Of a DNA stretch of 64,000 nt, positions 48,749-61,199 are shown in pieces; positions within the stretch are counted from its first letter, which is position 1, and each line of letters starts with the position of its first letter. The translations under genes and the position numbers were made by a program. Source of the stretch: Azolla caroliniana (lineage: Eukaryota > Plantae > Polypodiophyta); NCBI GenBank assembly GCA_043228905.1, contig JBHGNT010000001.1, forward strand, positions 18,538,001 through 18,602,000, in the 5' to 3' direction. The notes beneath the pieces are model-generated. The model was not told where the DNA came from, did not search any database, and saw only the letters and a list, made by a program, of their open reading frames with translations.

Positions 48749-51480
48749 TGTGGTGTCCCTTTCATGCGAGTGCATGCCTCTTAACACACCACCCTTTCGC
48801 ACAACCTTTTGGGACGCATGTAGCTAGGCTGGCCCAAAATGGGTACCTTTGTATCTTCTATAAATTGAACGATAAGTAAGAATCTAGGCAAGCTGGTTTG
48901 GTTTCCTTTTATGTGCATTTCACATAATTGGTGGAGAAGCGAGGTAAAATTTTAGCCATTACCACTTAGTTCATGGCATCCCAATTCCCTTCCGTTGCCT
49001 CAAACATCGATACCTCGATGGAGCCCGAGTTCTCGCAACCTCACGAACGACCACCCCCTTTCCAAATAGAGCAGCTCCTCCAACTCCTCTCCAACTTCAT
49101 GCTTCAAATCAACCACACAAATCAAGCTATGCTCTCCTTCCTCTTCGCTAACAATGACCACACTCAAGATCGGTCAAATTTCAACGTCCACCGAAAGACC
49201 TTCTCCAGCTTGCCTTCCGAGGATGTCTTAGCCTAGTTGGACCACTTTGAGATGATCTCCAGCTACCACCGATGGTCTGACGAGCACAAAGCTTTGGAAG
49301 TTCGTTGAAAATGTCGTCGCCACCTGGTACGTCCAACAATCAAGCGACCTGATAGAGAACTGGGTGGTCCTCCGAGATCTCCTCGTGCAAAACTTTGCCC
49401 ATCAAAATTCGGCCAAAACGGTGTTACAACAACTCGAAATGTTGCGGCAACAAGCACACGAACCCGTGGGCCAATTTGGTGTTCGCCTCAATCAACTCCT
49501 CGTTCGTGCTGACACTACCATGCTCGAGCATGTGAAGCTTTTCTTTTTATGGCCCCGTTTGCGCCATGACATCACTCGTCGCGCTCGGGACCAAGGTCCC
49601 AAGACAGTCAACGACGCCATCCTCATTGCCCAATTCATTGAAGCTTGTACGTTATTTGACTCCCAACCACGTTGGCGGCCCCCATGGACATTGATGTCCA
49701 AAACATACAATTGTAGGCTCGCCACAACCTTCCCAATCGCGATGCCCAAGGGCGCCCAAAGTGTTTCTATTGCAACAATTATGGACACGTCCGACGTCAC
49801 TACCGGAAATTGCAACAACAGTCTGAGAAGCAACAAGTCTAGATAACTATGGATGACGCGGCATCGTTGCCTGAGTTTCCGGGGTACTGATGGAAGAGCT
49901 AGCCTTCCACATCCAAGCGTCTGTCTCTTCCAGTTCGCAGGTATGTACCGCTCTCGCCACCATTAATCACTACACCCACACCATCTTGTTAAACTCTGGT
50001 AGTAGTATCTCTTCCATTAGCACCGCCTTAGTTCACCATATAGGTCGCCCCACATCCACCGCTCCTTCCATCCAAGTCCTTTTTGGCGATCAAACATCGT
50101 TACCACTCTTGCACGCAAGTCCAGAGCACCTTCACCTTAGGAACTCTGACCTTCTCACACCACTTTTATGTCTTGCCCCACCAACTCTTTACCCTGACCT
50201 TAGGTTGTGATTGGTTCCTCAAGCGTCACGTTGTGATTGATTTTGATGCCCATAAACTTCTTGTCCCACATGCTCCCGCTATCCCCCTTCTACACAATAG
50301 CTCCCCTATCCCCCACCTTAGCCAAGTCCAGGTGGCCCTTAGTCCAAAGGATCCATTGGTCTCCATGCGCCAATTATTAGCTCGTTTTCCGTCACTAACC
50401 CTCCAACCCACGCATGCTCCTACTATCTCTTTCCCGATACAACAAGCCATTCATACCGGTGAAGCCACTCCGATCCACATGGCTACCCGCCGACGTTCCC
50501 CCCTTGACCACGATCGTATTGATGTTGCCGTCACCGACATGCTCACCAAAGGTATTATCATTCCTTCCACCTGTGATTAGGTTTTGGAACCCCACCTAGT
50601 CAAGAAGGATGATTGCACCTTCCGCTTTTGCATCGACTTCAGGACTCTCAACAAAGTGACTATCCAAGACCTCTATCCGCTCCCTTGCATGGACAACCCC
50701 TTGGATCAAATCAGTGGCTCTCATTATTTCACCTCCCTAGTCTTAGCCTCGAGATATTGGCGAATCCCCGTAAAGCCTTCTAACACCCACAAGACCGCAT
50801 TCCGCACACATCGCGGGGTATTCCAATTCACGCGCATGTCGCTCGGCCTGTGGGATGCCGGCAGCACATTCTAATGCATGGAAAACTCCATCTTCACCGC
50901 CCTTATCAGCAAAGGTGTCCTCGTTTATCTCAATGACATCCTTATTCACACAGACACTTGGGAGGACCTTCTACAAACTCTCGCCGAAGTCCTCGCTTGC
51001 ATAACTAAACATAACGTGCAACTCCAATGGAAGAAGTGTCGATGGGGAAGCCCTAGACTCCATTTTCTTGGCTTCATCATGTCTAGTGATGGAATCCATA
51101 TGGACATTGCAAAAGGTGGTAGCCATCACCGATTACCCCAACCCCACCTCAATAAAATCATTGCAACATTTTTTGGGCATGATCACCTTTTCACGAACCT
51201 CTCCTTGGTCACTTTTCCCTCTACCAACTCTTGAAGAAAGGTGTGTCATTCATTAGGGATCCTCCTTGCGAAGTTAGGTTTTGTCACCCCAAAACCATGG
51301 TCTAGGAATGGGGGTTGCTCGCCCATCCACACTTTGACCAACCATTCACTTTGCAGACAGACACATCAAACCATGGGTTAGGAGCCGTCCTCTTGCAAGC
51401 TAATTGCCACGGGCAAGAAAAGGCTATCACCTTCATTAGCCGCACTCTCACACCAGCTAAACACAACTACTCAACCACCG
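48749..51480 (+). mobile_element. Degenerate Ty3/Gypsy with a short LTR (48749-48924), tRNA-Ala-like PBS, gag-PR-RT-RH; 3' truncated
   Basis: TGTG...CACA; TGGTGGAGAAGCGAGG at 48929; CFYCNNYGH knuckle; LLNSGS; RFCIDFR.LNKVT, VYLND; QTDTSNHGLG...NYSTT. Confidence 0.85.
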
Positions 51481-53075
51481 TTCCACATCCTCCGGTCTTT
51501 GCTCGAGCTGCCGGATCCGCGCCGCTAACAACTCCTCCCGGCTCATCTCGTCTTTCCAGTCCACCACAGCCCATGAGGAGATCGTTCGCTCCATTGGCAT
51601 GACCGGCTTCTGCCCGTACATCAACTCCGTTGGCATGAACCCGGTTACCGAACTGTGCGTAGTTCGGTCGGCCCACAACGCATAGGGTAAGAGTCGCGGC
51701 CAATTTCCGACTTGGCCTCCACCTGCCCGCACTAACGCTTTGACGATCAGCTCGTGTCCGCATTCCACCTTTCCGTTCGCCTCCGGATTGTACGCCATGG
51801 TGAGCGAGAGTTCAACCCCTAGCCAGTCATACAACTCTTCAACCTCTTGTGTGTCTAGTTCTCTATGGTCGGCTATGATCTTTCCTACGCACCCGTACTG
51901 GCATACCACCTCTTCGATCAGAAATCAGCATACGCTCGCGATCGTTTTGTTCGTCAGTGCTCGACCTTCCACCTGGTTTGTCAGGTCCTCCCGTGCCAGC
52001 ACCAGGTATCGCATCTGCCCTACCCTCATCGGCATCGTCACCCTCTACGAAGCCCGTCTTTTCTTCAACAGGGTCACTCCACCCGGTTACCTCCCGGACC
52101 CGTCTTTCCGCGCGGTCCGCTTCCTCTTTCCTCAATCGTATGCCAGCGAGGCCTTCTAGCATCAACGGCCAGAACCCAGAGTTCTTCGTCTTCTGGACTT
52201 CGTCGCTCGACCCGGATTCCTGCCGCCGCCGAGTAGTGGACAGTCTCCACGTGGCGAGCCGCCGCTTCTTCCATCAGCCGCTCCATTCCCCCTCGTCCAA
52301 CATTCAATTCCAGGGTCCTCCTGGTTTCTCTAACGTGTACACGCACGCCCATTCCACAGGTACACAACGTTAGACCTTATCACTTCAACGAAATCCCCGT
52401 TGTCCTTCCGGGCGTGGCCGACCGCGTCGCACCATAAGCACTGATGCCCGGCCGAAGGCCTTTGGTCACGGGCTTGTTCGCCATTGTCCCTCCATGCATG
52501 TGCAATCTGGAGGTCCCTCACCATCTGAGTTAGCTCCTCCAGAGCCGCACCTCCGGACGGGCCTTTGACCACGTTGGTCGAAGTCGAGCCGGTGTCTAGC
52601 CAATCTTGGGTCTCCTCCCTTCGTGTCGGTAGGGGTACCTCGAGCTTACTTGCCGCAACAGAGCTTGCCCCCGCCGTGCCTTTATCGACCCAATCTTGCC
52701 GTTTGTTGAAACGGCCGCAGACTCTCTTCACCACGGCCCAATCGGCCGTCAACCCATCGTCGGTCTCCCGCAGGAGGCCCACTTGCTCCCGGTCCCTCAC
52801 GTCCACTGATTTAACAAACAATAGGACACGACTTGTGTCCAGTACGGTCCGGTCTAGCGCCAAAAGATGCGCAAAGAGTTCTTCAAACTCCCGGAGGAGC
52901 ACCGACGCGTTTCTCCCCTTTTCGGGGGGGTCTCCACCCATTCCATGAAGTCTCGCTTCGATAGCTGAAGCGCGTCATCAAGCCCATATTTCTCAAGGAG
53001 TCGACCTTCAAATTCTTCCCAGGTCTGGCTCTCAGCCCGTACCTTGAGCACCTCCGCATGGATGCTCGGCATTGC
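51481..53075 (-). pseudogene. Internally deleted TGTCG-family fragment: gag (53075-52040) fused to the integrase core (52040-51481)
   Basis: DFMEWVETP, FVKSVDVRDRE, CLWCDAVGH; AYNPEANGKVE.GH, LPYALWADRTTHSSVTG, MSREELLA.RIRQLE match the intact element. Confidence 0.88.
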
Positions 53076-53079
53076 CACT

Positions 53080-53227
53080 CGAGTCTAAATGCGTGCTACC
53101 TAGGATATTCACATCAGCCGACTTGTGCCTAAATGTATATATTACAACAAAACTTGAGCCGACGTATAAGGGCCAGTTCGCGCACATTAATCTCTGATTC
53201 CGCCTAGGGACGGTATTCTCCATGACA
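53080..53227 (+). repeat. 3' end of a TGTCG-family LTR followed by target half-site ACGT
   Basis: Ends CGGTATTCTCCATGACA, resembling the CGGTATTCCACGACA and CGTATTTTCGCGACA ends; abuts Copia RT codons (G)AC GTG AAG. Confidence 0.65.
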
Positions 53228-55503
53228 ACGTGAAGAATGCATTTCTTCAAGGCGATCTTGAAGAAGAGGTCTTTATGACCCAACCCCCCAGTTTCCAATC
53301 GGAGATGAACAAGTCGGCGGTATGCCGGCTGAAGAAGTCACTTTATGGCTTGAAGCAAGCCCCCCGAGCTTGGAATGCGAAGATCACGCACCAGTTGCGT
53401 AAGATGGGGTTTGCGTCCTCCAAGTCCGATTCTTCGTTGTTCATCCAGTAAGGTTCAGACGGTCTGGTTTGCATCTTGTTGTATGTTGATGATCTAGTCA
53501 TCACCGGACCCGGACTCGATGAAATCAGCCGAGTCAAGTCCCAGCTGTCAGACGCATTTGAGATGAAGGACCTGGGGGACCTTCACTATTCCCTTGGGAT
53601 CAAGGTGATCCGAACCCCCGACGGCATATTGCTCTTACAAAGACACTATGTGTTGAATATATTGTACAAGTTCGGCATGACGGAATGCCGACCGATCTCC
53701 ACACCTCTAGACCGGAACCAAAAGCTCTGTCCCGACTCCAGACCAGCCTGCGATGAGAAACGGTTCCAACAAATCGTCGGAAGCCTTATATATTTGACAA
53801 TCACCCGACCCGACATCAGTTATCCGGTCGGCGTGATCAGCCAATATATGCAGAAGCCGACCGTGGAGCACCTTTTGTGCAAATGTGAGCGGCACGAAAG
53901 ATTGAGGATTGTTATACTAGCATTGTATGACCGAAGAGCTAGTTGGCTACACCAATGCCGACTGGGCCGGCGATGCATCGGATCACCGATCCACCTCTAA
54001 TATATGTTTTCCCTTGGTAGCACGGTTGTTACGAGGAGCAGCAAAAAGCAGCCAATAGTGGCCCTTTCGAGCATTGAGGTTGAATACCGAGGCACTACCA
54101 TTGCCATCTGTGAAGCCATTTGGCTTCGGTGACTGCTGCAAGACCTGCGGATCGAGGTGCTAACCCCGATCTTGATCTATTGCGACAACATAAGCAGCAT
54201 GCAGCTCGCCAAGAACCCCATATTCCATGCTCGCACAAAGCACATAGAAGTGCATTACCACTTCGTGCGTGAGCGGGTCCTAAGCGGTGAAGTCGAACTT
54301 TGGTATGTTCATACGGATCGGCAAGTTGCCGACATCTTCATGAAGCCGCTCAGATCGGACAAGTTGCAGCACTTCACCAAAATGCTTGGTGTTCAGCATC
54401 TCGACGTGCCACACTTGAGGGGGAGAACGGGCAAAGACATCGGAACGGGCAAAGGCAAAGAAACTGCCGATTGTGCCAGTGAGGGAAGAACCGACAAAGG
54501 GAGAGACAAGAAGAAGAAAGGAGTTGAGTTGACAAAGGAAGTTGACACATCCGAACAAGTCGGAACAAGCGGCAACGGCGGCAGAGTCAAGAAGGACAGA
54601 GCCGACTGGAAGAAGAAGGCCAAGACCCGGACATGGTCTGATGTGGTGAAGGGCCTAGAGCCGAAAGACGAATCGGGAGCGACTGATTTGGACAAGAGCT
54701 GGAATGAATCAGAGACAGTTGATTCAGTTCAACAGAAGGATTCAAAAGAACCGAATCAATTCAAGGCCAAGAGGACGAGAAGACTGCAAAAGTTGACGCC
54801 AACACGAAGGAATGGGCGAATCGGCATGCATCGAAGTCACAATAGCGAGGGAGCTTAAATTGGGCCTGTTGAGCAGACAAGCCGACCGAGGAGGTCGAGG
54901 TGCGCAGAATAAGAAGGGTCGCGGCAAACGGGAACGGACCGGACGAGGAGCGCGAGCGAGGCGGAGTGACGCCTGAAGGAGCAGGGTGGAAGGACCGACT
55001 GCCATGGAGACTAACACTACGATCCGACCTCACGTTGAGCTTGAGGGGGAGTGTTGAGCGGCAAGCTCAACCGTATTTGGATTGGCTGAATAAGCCTGAG
55101 CCGGATCGGCATTCGAAAGGATGAGCCGGTGAGCAAGTGAGCCGGTGGGTGAGCTGGGGAGCCGGGGAGCCGGTTAGCCGGATCAAGCAGTAACTGGAAG
55201 CCTAGTAGCAGCCTAGACTACTAGGTAGTTAATGTCTCATAGTTAGTGTCAAACGCTCGTGTGAGCATTGAAGTACACTGTACTTTTGTCAGTCCTCTTA
55301 GGACTTGTATAAATAGTGTTGTTGAGCACGTTGTATGTACAGAGATTTTTACAGAGTTGTTGATAATAGATTTAAGTTGTTCTGCTCTTTCTCTGTCTCT
55401 TCTGCATACCTTTTGTGTGTTAATCTCTCTCTCTCTCTCTCTCTCTCTCTGTTGCTATCCGGCTAAGCCGGTTGTCTAATGCTTCCGCACCTTCGTTTTT
55501 AGA
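53228..55503 (+). mobile_element. 3' half of a Copia closely related to 40476-47593 (RT-RH-extension; 3' LTR 55052-55503)
   Basis: High visible identity to 45350-47593; PPT copies at 54414-54425 and 55040-55051. Confidence 0.92.
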
Positions 55504-55899
55504 AAATACAATGCTCTCGCTCCCTTTTTATAGGTGACTTGAGAGTCTCCCTCCAAGATTTACACTTGCCTTGTTTGGCAAGAACCTACAGTTATACCAA
55601 ATCGTTCTATTTCCTAATATTACTTTAATTTTTATACTTGGCAAAGTTACATTATATTCTAATTCTGTCCTTTCACATTCCGACTCTTGTTCATACTCTT
55701 GGACTTCGACTCCGACTCCTTTTCACCTTTGTCCGACTCTGGGTAAGCCAATCGGCTAGCATAGAAGTACTGACTAGTACTTCAATGCTCATAAAAGAGC
55801 TACTGACACTAACTACCTAAAATATTCCTATTTCTAAAATAGGAGTATAAGCCTCAAATGACTTGTAGGCTCCTAGCCAATCTGACATTCGACTTCTCC

Positions 55900-56700
55900 A
55901 ATTGACTCAGCTGATAAATCTTTAGACTGATGTTCTTCTATCAATAAATCGGGAAATCCGGTATGTATTTCAATTTTAATAAGATCCATTTCTCATTGAA
56001 TCCCTATATGCCCAATTCCGCTATACCAAACCAAGTGGATGAATTATTTGTCTTGTACATTTATACATATTCCCTGACTTAATGTTAAATAAGTTTCTTT
56101 CTAAAAAAACTTGTCATCCCTATTTTATTATCAATGCACAAATCATCAAGCCAAATAGAAATATCCATGCCCATACGGATAGTGGAATGCTCCAAAAGCA
56201 AAACAAAAATACTCTTGAAAAGAATAGGTGAGTTCCAAATCCTCAAACAAATTGTTTTAATGAATCTAAGAAAACATTATTTATAAAGTTCCTTTTTATA
56301 AAAAATGATCAAATCCCTAACTTCTTCATGATCTCTGGCTAGCCGAATGACGTTACATAATGTCTAGATCTCTCCTCACTTATTCATCTTTACCGAATGT
56401 TCTATATGTTGCTTTTGGAGCCCTATGCATCCAACACTTATCCGAATAGTCTCAATCCTTCCCCACCTTTGGTTCAACTTGCTAAGGGTTTCGAGTATGA
56501 GGTTGAAGGCATTTTGAAGGTTGCCTACAATAAAACCTCGTCACATTGTGGATTGATTAGGTTACGCGCTCACTGAGTGGAGTTGGGGAACCCACCAAAA
56601 ATCTTGTTAATGCTCAACACCTTTCGAAGAGTTCCATCGAAAATATATTAGTAAGACAAGTGCTAGTAGTTTGTGCATTATGACTCTTGGCGATGATGTC
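55900..56700 (+). pseudogene. Highly eroded chromovirus integrase/chromodomain relic
   Basis: LLEPYASN...FEYEVEGIL...LGY...KNLVNA...EEFHRKY resembles 2576-2956. Confidence 0.6.
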
Positions 56701-56950
56701 AACTCATAACATTGAGTGCAATTACATACGTGTGTGTATGTGAGACATTATAAGTTATTAGTAATTAGTAGCAATGGGCACGGTTTGGGCTCAAGCCGAA
56801 CTGAACATATTGTGAACAAGTCTTCATTTATAATATATGTATGTACAAAAAAGTTACACATGATCGATAACCTCCCGACGCCCGTCTATGTCACGTTCAT
56901 ATCGACAAAAAAAGAAGGGAACGTGGGGTTCTGGACTCTGGGGTTTTATT

Positions 56951-56986
<36 letters not shown>

Positions 56987-57031
56987 CTATCCTGTCCGGC
57001 CTACGTGCTTCTTTCTTTCTCGCCAGAAAAA

Positions 57032-57247
57032 ATGACATTCTTCTTCGATTCTTTTCTGTTGAGACGGAGCTTCCATCGCCATCGCCACTGCCGACCTTTC
57101 AGCAGTGTTTGCAGAGCCATCATTCTTCCCCGATTCGGAGGTCCTGACGTCCTCGAACTCAGAAACGATGAAAAGCTTCCAGAGCTCTCTACACACGAAG
57201 TTCTTCTCGCAACTAAATCCGTGTCTGTCAATCCTCTTGATGTTAGG
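57032..57247 (+). CDS. RTN4IP1: RTN4IP1-like mitochondrial MDR/quinone oxidoreductase, exon 1
   Basis: R/S/F-rich transit-peptide-like start, then CRAIILPRFGGPDVLE...VSVNPLDVR; GTAAGT donor; phase 0. Confidence 0.88.
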
Positions 57248-57813
57248 GTAAGTTCTATGTCTATCCGGGTTCTTTCTGCCTTTTGTTTTTCTGACTAATC
57301 GTGTTTAGAGATTTCATGAATTGGCACATTTTCAGCACTTGATAGATTTGATTTGGTTTCTGTGATTCGCTCCTTTGGTTCTTTGGTTTTCAGGCTTAAC
57401 GCTTATTATTTTCAACAATACGCTCTTCATTTGACTCGTTGGTTTGAAATAACATGCATATATATCATTTGCTTGTCTTGAAAACCAATTATTGTTGAGC
57501 TTTGTAAAATAAAATGTGATAAGAATTTCATTAAAAAAAAATCTTAGCAAGAGTTAACTTTTAAAATTAATGCAATAGAAATTGCATTAAAAAAAGAAGC
57601 ATTGCACCACTATATCCATGTATATATAATATTTTTGTATGCATTTGTATAATATTTATGTACAATACTGTACAAGATTTTATGTTTGATATGCTTGTGT
57701 GCAGCAAAAATTTGAGATCATAAAATTTGGAAAACCTTGAAACACAATGGTTTTGATTACTCGAGGATCTTTTAAGATCTCAGCAGTGTTGTCTTTACTG
57801 AAATTTGCATCTT

Positions 57814-58109
57814 GATTATATTGCATTTCTAGGGGTGAAAAGTCACTAGCATCATAACATTTTTAGATTAATTAGTTAAGTGTAAGATTTGTAGTATTGA
57901 AGTCTAAATTAGATGATATTGAATTTCTAGGGGTAAAAGTCTCTAGCATCATGAATTGTTTTAACGGTAATTAGTTAAGTGTAGGATTTTTGGCATTGAA
58001 GTTTGAATTAGATAATATTGCATTTCTAGGGGGTAAAAGTCTCTAGCATCATGAATTTTTTAGATTAATTATTTAAGTGTAAGATTTGTAGTGTTGAAGT
58101 CTGAATTAG
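57814..58109. repeat. Intronic tandem repeat, 3 x ~98 bp
   Basis: Units start at 57814, 57912 and 58011 (ATATTG(C/A)ATTTCTAGGGG...CTAGCATCAT). Confidence 0.85.
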
Positions 58110-58533
58110 CAAGGAAATGGTAATCTCTTATACAAATTGGAGAAGTAGGATTTTGTTCACATTGGAAATAGGAAATTGAAATATGGATTATTTTGCCTAG
58201 ATAAGATAAGAGAGTGCTATAAATATTAATCGCTTAAGTATAAGATTTGTTACAGTAAAACTATGGTTTAGAATTCAAATCCAGCTTAACTTGGCTATAG
58301 CTTTGACAGATTATTAAAATTTATTAAAGTAGAAATTCTGGTTCAGAATGGAGATCTGCTAGTCAAGTTATGGATTCATTTGGCTGTATAAGAGAGGGCC
58401 ATGGAAATTGGTTATCTGAATCACTGGTTTTTTCTTGCATGTGATGTAGTGGACTGATAGTTTGTACACCTCCATGCTACAAGATTTTTTTAGATGAATT
58501 AGCTAAATGTAACATTTGTAAAAGAGAAATACA

Positions 58534-59156
58534 TATTGGTTTGGTGTAATCCACAATTTGAATTATCTGTTCACTTGGCTAGTTAAGTAAAGGCTATTCA
58601 TATTGACCACTTAAATGTAGGATTATGAAATTAAGAATTTTGTTTAAACAGGAAATAAGAAAATTGAGATGTGGATTACTCATTTTGAAATATTGGTTTA
58701 GTGTAATCCACAATTTGAATTATTTGTTCACTTGGCTAGTTAAGTAAGGGCTATTCATATTAACTACGTAAATGTAGGATTATGAAATTAAGGATTTGGT
58801 TTAAACAGGAAATAAGAAAATTGAGATGTGGATTACTCATTTTGAAATATTGGTTTAGTGTAATCCACAATTTGAATTCTGTTCACTTGGTTAGTTAAGT
58901 AAAGGCTATTCCTATTAACTACTTAAATGTAGGATTATGAAATTAAGGATTTTGTTTAAACAGGAAATAAGAAAATTGAGATGTGGATTACTCATTTTGA
59001 AATATTGGTTTAGTGTAATCCACAATTTGAATTATCTGTTCACTTGGCGAGTTCAGTAAGAGCTATTCATATTAACTACTTAAATGTAGGATTATGAAAT
59101 TAAGGATTTGGTTTAAACAGGAAATAAGAAAATTGAGATGTGGATTACTCATTTTG
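58534..59156. repeat. Intronic tandem repeat, 4 x ~157 bp
   Basis: Units start at 58534, 58691, 58848 and 59003 and are near-identical. Confidence 0.92.
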
Positions 59157-59267
59157 CAAGATAAGGGAGGGTTTTGAAGATCGATCCCATAAATATAAGA
59201 TTTGTAAAAGTAAATATTTGGCGTAGATGGAAATAGGCAAACTGAAATTGTGGATTCATCTGGCTAG

Positions 59268-59495
59268 ATAAGGGAGGGCTATGGGCGTTCGTTATTTGAA
59301 CCATTGCTACCATTGATTCTTGGGCGTGATGTTAGTGGAGTAATAGTCTCTACGGGGAACTCTGTGAAAGATTTTCAAATTGGAGAGGAAGTATATGGGG
59401 CTCTACATCCAACAGCTGTGAGGGGCACTTATTCTGACTTTGCAATTCTGGCTGAAGACCAACTTGTCGCTAAACCGGCATCTTTAACTCATATG
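59268..59495 (+). CDS. RTN4IP1: RTN4IP1-like exon 2
   Basis: IREGYGRSLFEPLLPLILGRDVSG...GALHPTAVRGTY...KPASLTHM; AG/GT borders; 76 codons. Confidence 0.9.
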
Positions 59496-59827
59496 GTATC
59501 ATTCAGTATTCTAATCAGGTTTTTCACTGTATACTATGTTTTGGGATGAAATAACCTCGGGTTTTTCTTTATTTTCCCAAATACCATGAATTTTCCATTT
59601 CCTCCCAAATGCCCTCATTAACCCTGAAAACAAGGAAAAGGTGAACATGTTGACCATACAATCACTCAAATAGTGCATATAATTGCTCAAGAGAAGGTGG
59701 ACCTAGGGTTATTGGGAAAATAGAGAAAAAATTGGGTATTTCGGAGATTTTTTATAAGGTTTTTAAATGACATTTACCTTGCAGACTGGTAAAATCTAAA
59801 AAACGTGTGTTTTTGTGGTGTTTGAAG

Positions 59828-59901
59828 GAAGCATCGGCAATTCCCTTTGCTGCCTTGACAGCATGGAGAGCTTTGAAAGGCACAGCTGCAATAAAAGAAG
59901 G
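59828..59901 (+). CDS. RTN4IP1: RTN4IP1-like exon 3
   Basis: EASAIPFAALTAWRALKGTAAIKEG; AG/GT borders; ends in phase 2. Confidence 0.88.
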
Positions 59902-60788
59902 GTACTTTTGAGTTTTTTCATTGTATTTCTCATAAATAAACCTTTTATTTCTTATACCAGAAATATTGTGTATTTACAAAATATGTTGATCAATTTAGTT
60001 CAATAAATTTAGATGTTTGTGAATCCTTATATTTGGAATCTAGTGACACTATTATAATTTCAATATTGGTCGGTCCAAAAGCACGTGTTCTCTCAGGGGT
60101 TTCATTATCTTTTATTTGAAAACAGAAGTTAGTATGGGGTTAAAATATTGTTCAACAAAAGACGCATCACACTTGTAACGTAATCCTGACAGAGTGGAAT
60201 ACTGCAAAAATCTATAGCGGTTAAAACAACAGAATTTTCTAGATGTGACAAAACCCTAATTTCAGATATACAGCGAAGGCACACAGATTCCATATTCCAA
60301 ATCATCAGAATATCTGCCTAACACATCATTGTCAACATTGACGGTAAATAGAAAATCCTAAATCGTAGATGTAAAAGTTAGAAATTGTAAGTAGAGAGAA
60401 GAGTGTGAATAGTCACCTACATAAAGAAGATTATGGTGCGTCCCAACTGACAAGGGGAGAGAAGAGTGAGAATAGTCACCAACATCAAGAAGATATTATT
60501 CTCTCTTGCAAAAAGTTTACATTATCACCAAAAACAAACCAGATGTGCATATAAGCTATTAATATTAAAGAGTTGATCTTTCAAAAGGGAAAAGGAATTG
60601 AAGGAAAGTGCCTTGCAAGACCAACTTGTATACTTGGTTTCTTGGTTTATTGCTATCTAAAATTCATAGCATGGCATAGGACCATGTTCTTATTGACATC
60701 ACATCTCGTAATTTAGACGTCACCTGTAAGTTTCTTATTTTCTTTTGCCTTGAAACACTTAATACCTTGGGCATTGATTTTACTGCAG

Positions 60789-60948
60789 GCAAAGAGTGTT
60801 GATTTTAGGAGGTGGAGGTGCTGTAGGCCTAGCTGCAATACAACTTGCGAAGGCAATGGGTTGCCATGTTACATGTACTTGTGGAAAGCGTAGCATGGAC
60901 CGTACTAGGGATGCAGGTGCAGAGTCCACTGTAGACTACACTTCTGAG
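60789..60948 (+). CDS. RTN4IP1: RTN4IP1-like exon 4 (Rossmann glycine-rich motif); the gene continues beyond the window
   Basis: QRVLILGGGGAVGLAAIQLAKAMGCHVTCTC...AGAESTVDYTSE; CAG acceptor; phase matches exon 3. Confidence 0.9.
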
Positions 60949-61199
60949 GTATCTCTTAAACAATGTTGCTTGGATTCCTCAAGTTAGTGACAAGAAAAAA
61001 GAAAAATTTCAGAAATATACTTCCGAAAAATATGAACAATATACTGTGATAGTTTCTTGTTTAAATTCTTGAGTGCGAACAATATGTAAAAATGTAAAGA
61101 ACTAGAAAATATAGTTCTATGTAGCAGAATAGATTAAGTAAGGTATGTGTTTTGTGTGCGAGAAAGGGGGGTGTGTAAGCTATATTGGAATAGGGGTAA

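Noticed and set aside
37854-53231. ACGT at both 37854 and 53228 as the TSD of one 15-kb nested element
   Set aside because: The LTR ends differ (GTACAGTGACA versus TTCTCCATGACA) and the flanks (TA field versus Copia RT) are not contiguous; these are two separate insertions.
56888-57031. Longer N-terminus of the host gene from the ATG at 56888
   Set aside because: It runs through a (CT)n tract typical of 5' UTRs; ATG 57032 has an A-rich context and begins a transit-peptide-like sequence.
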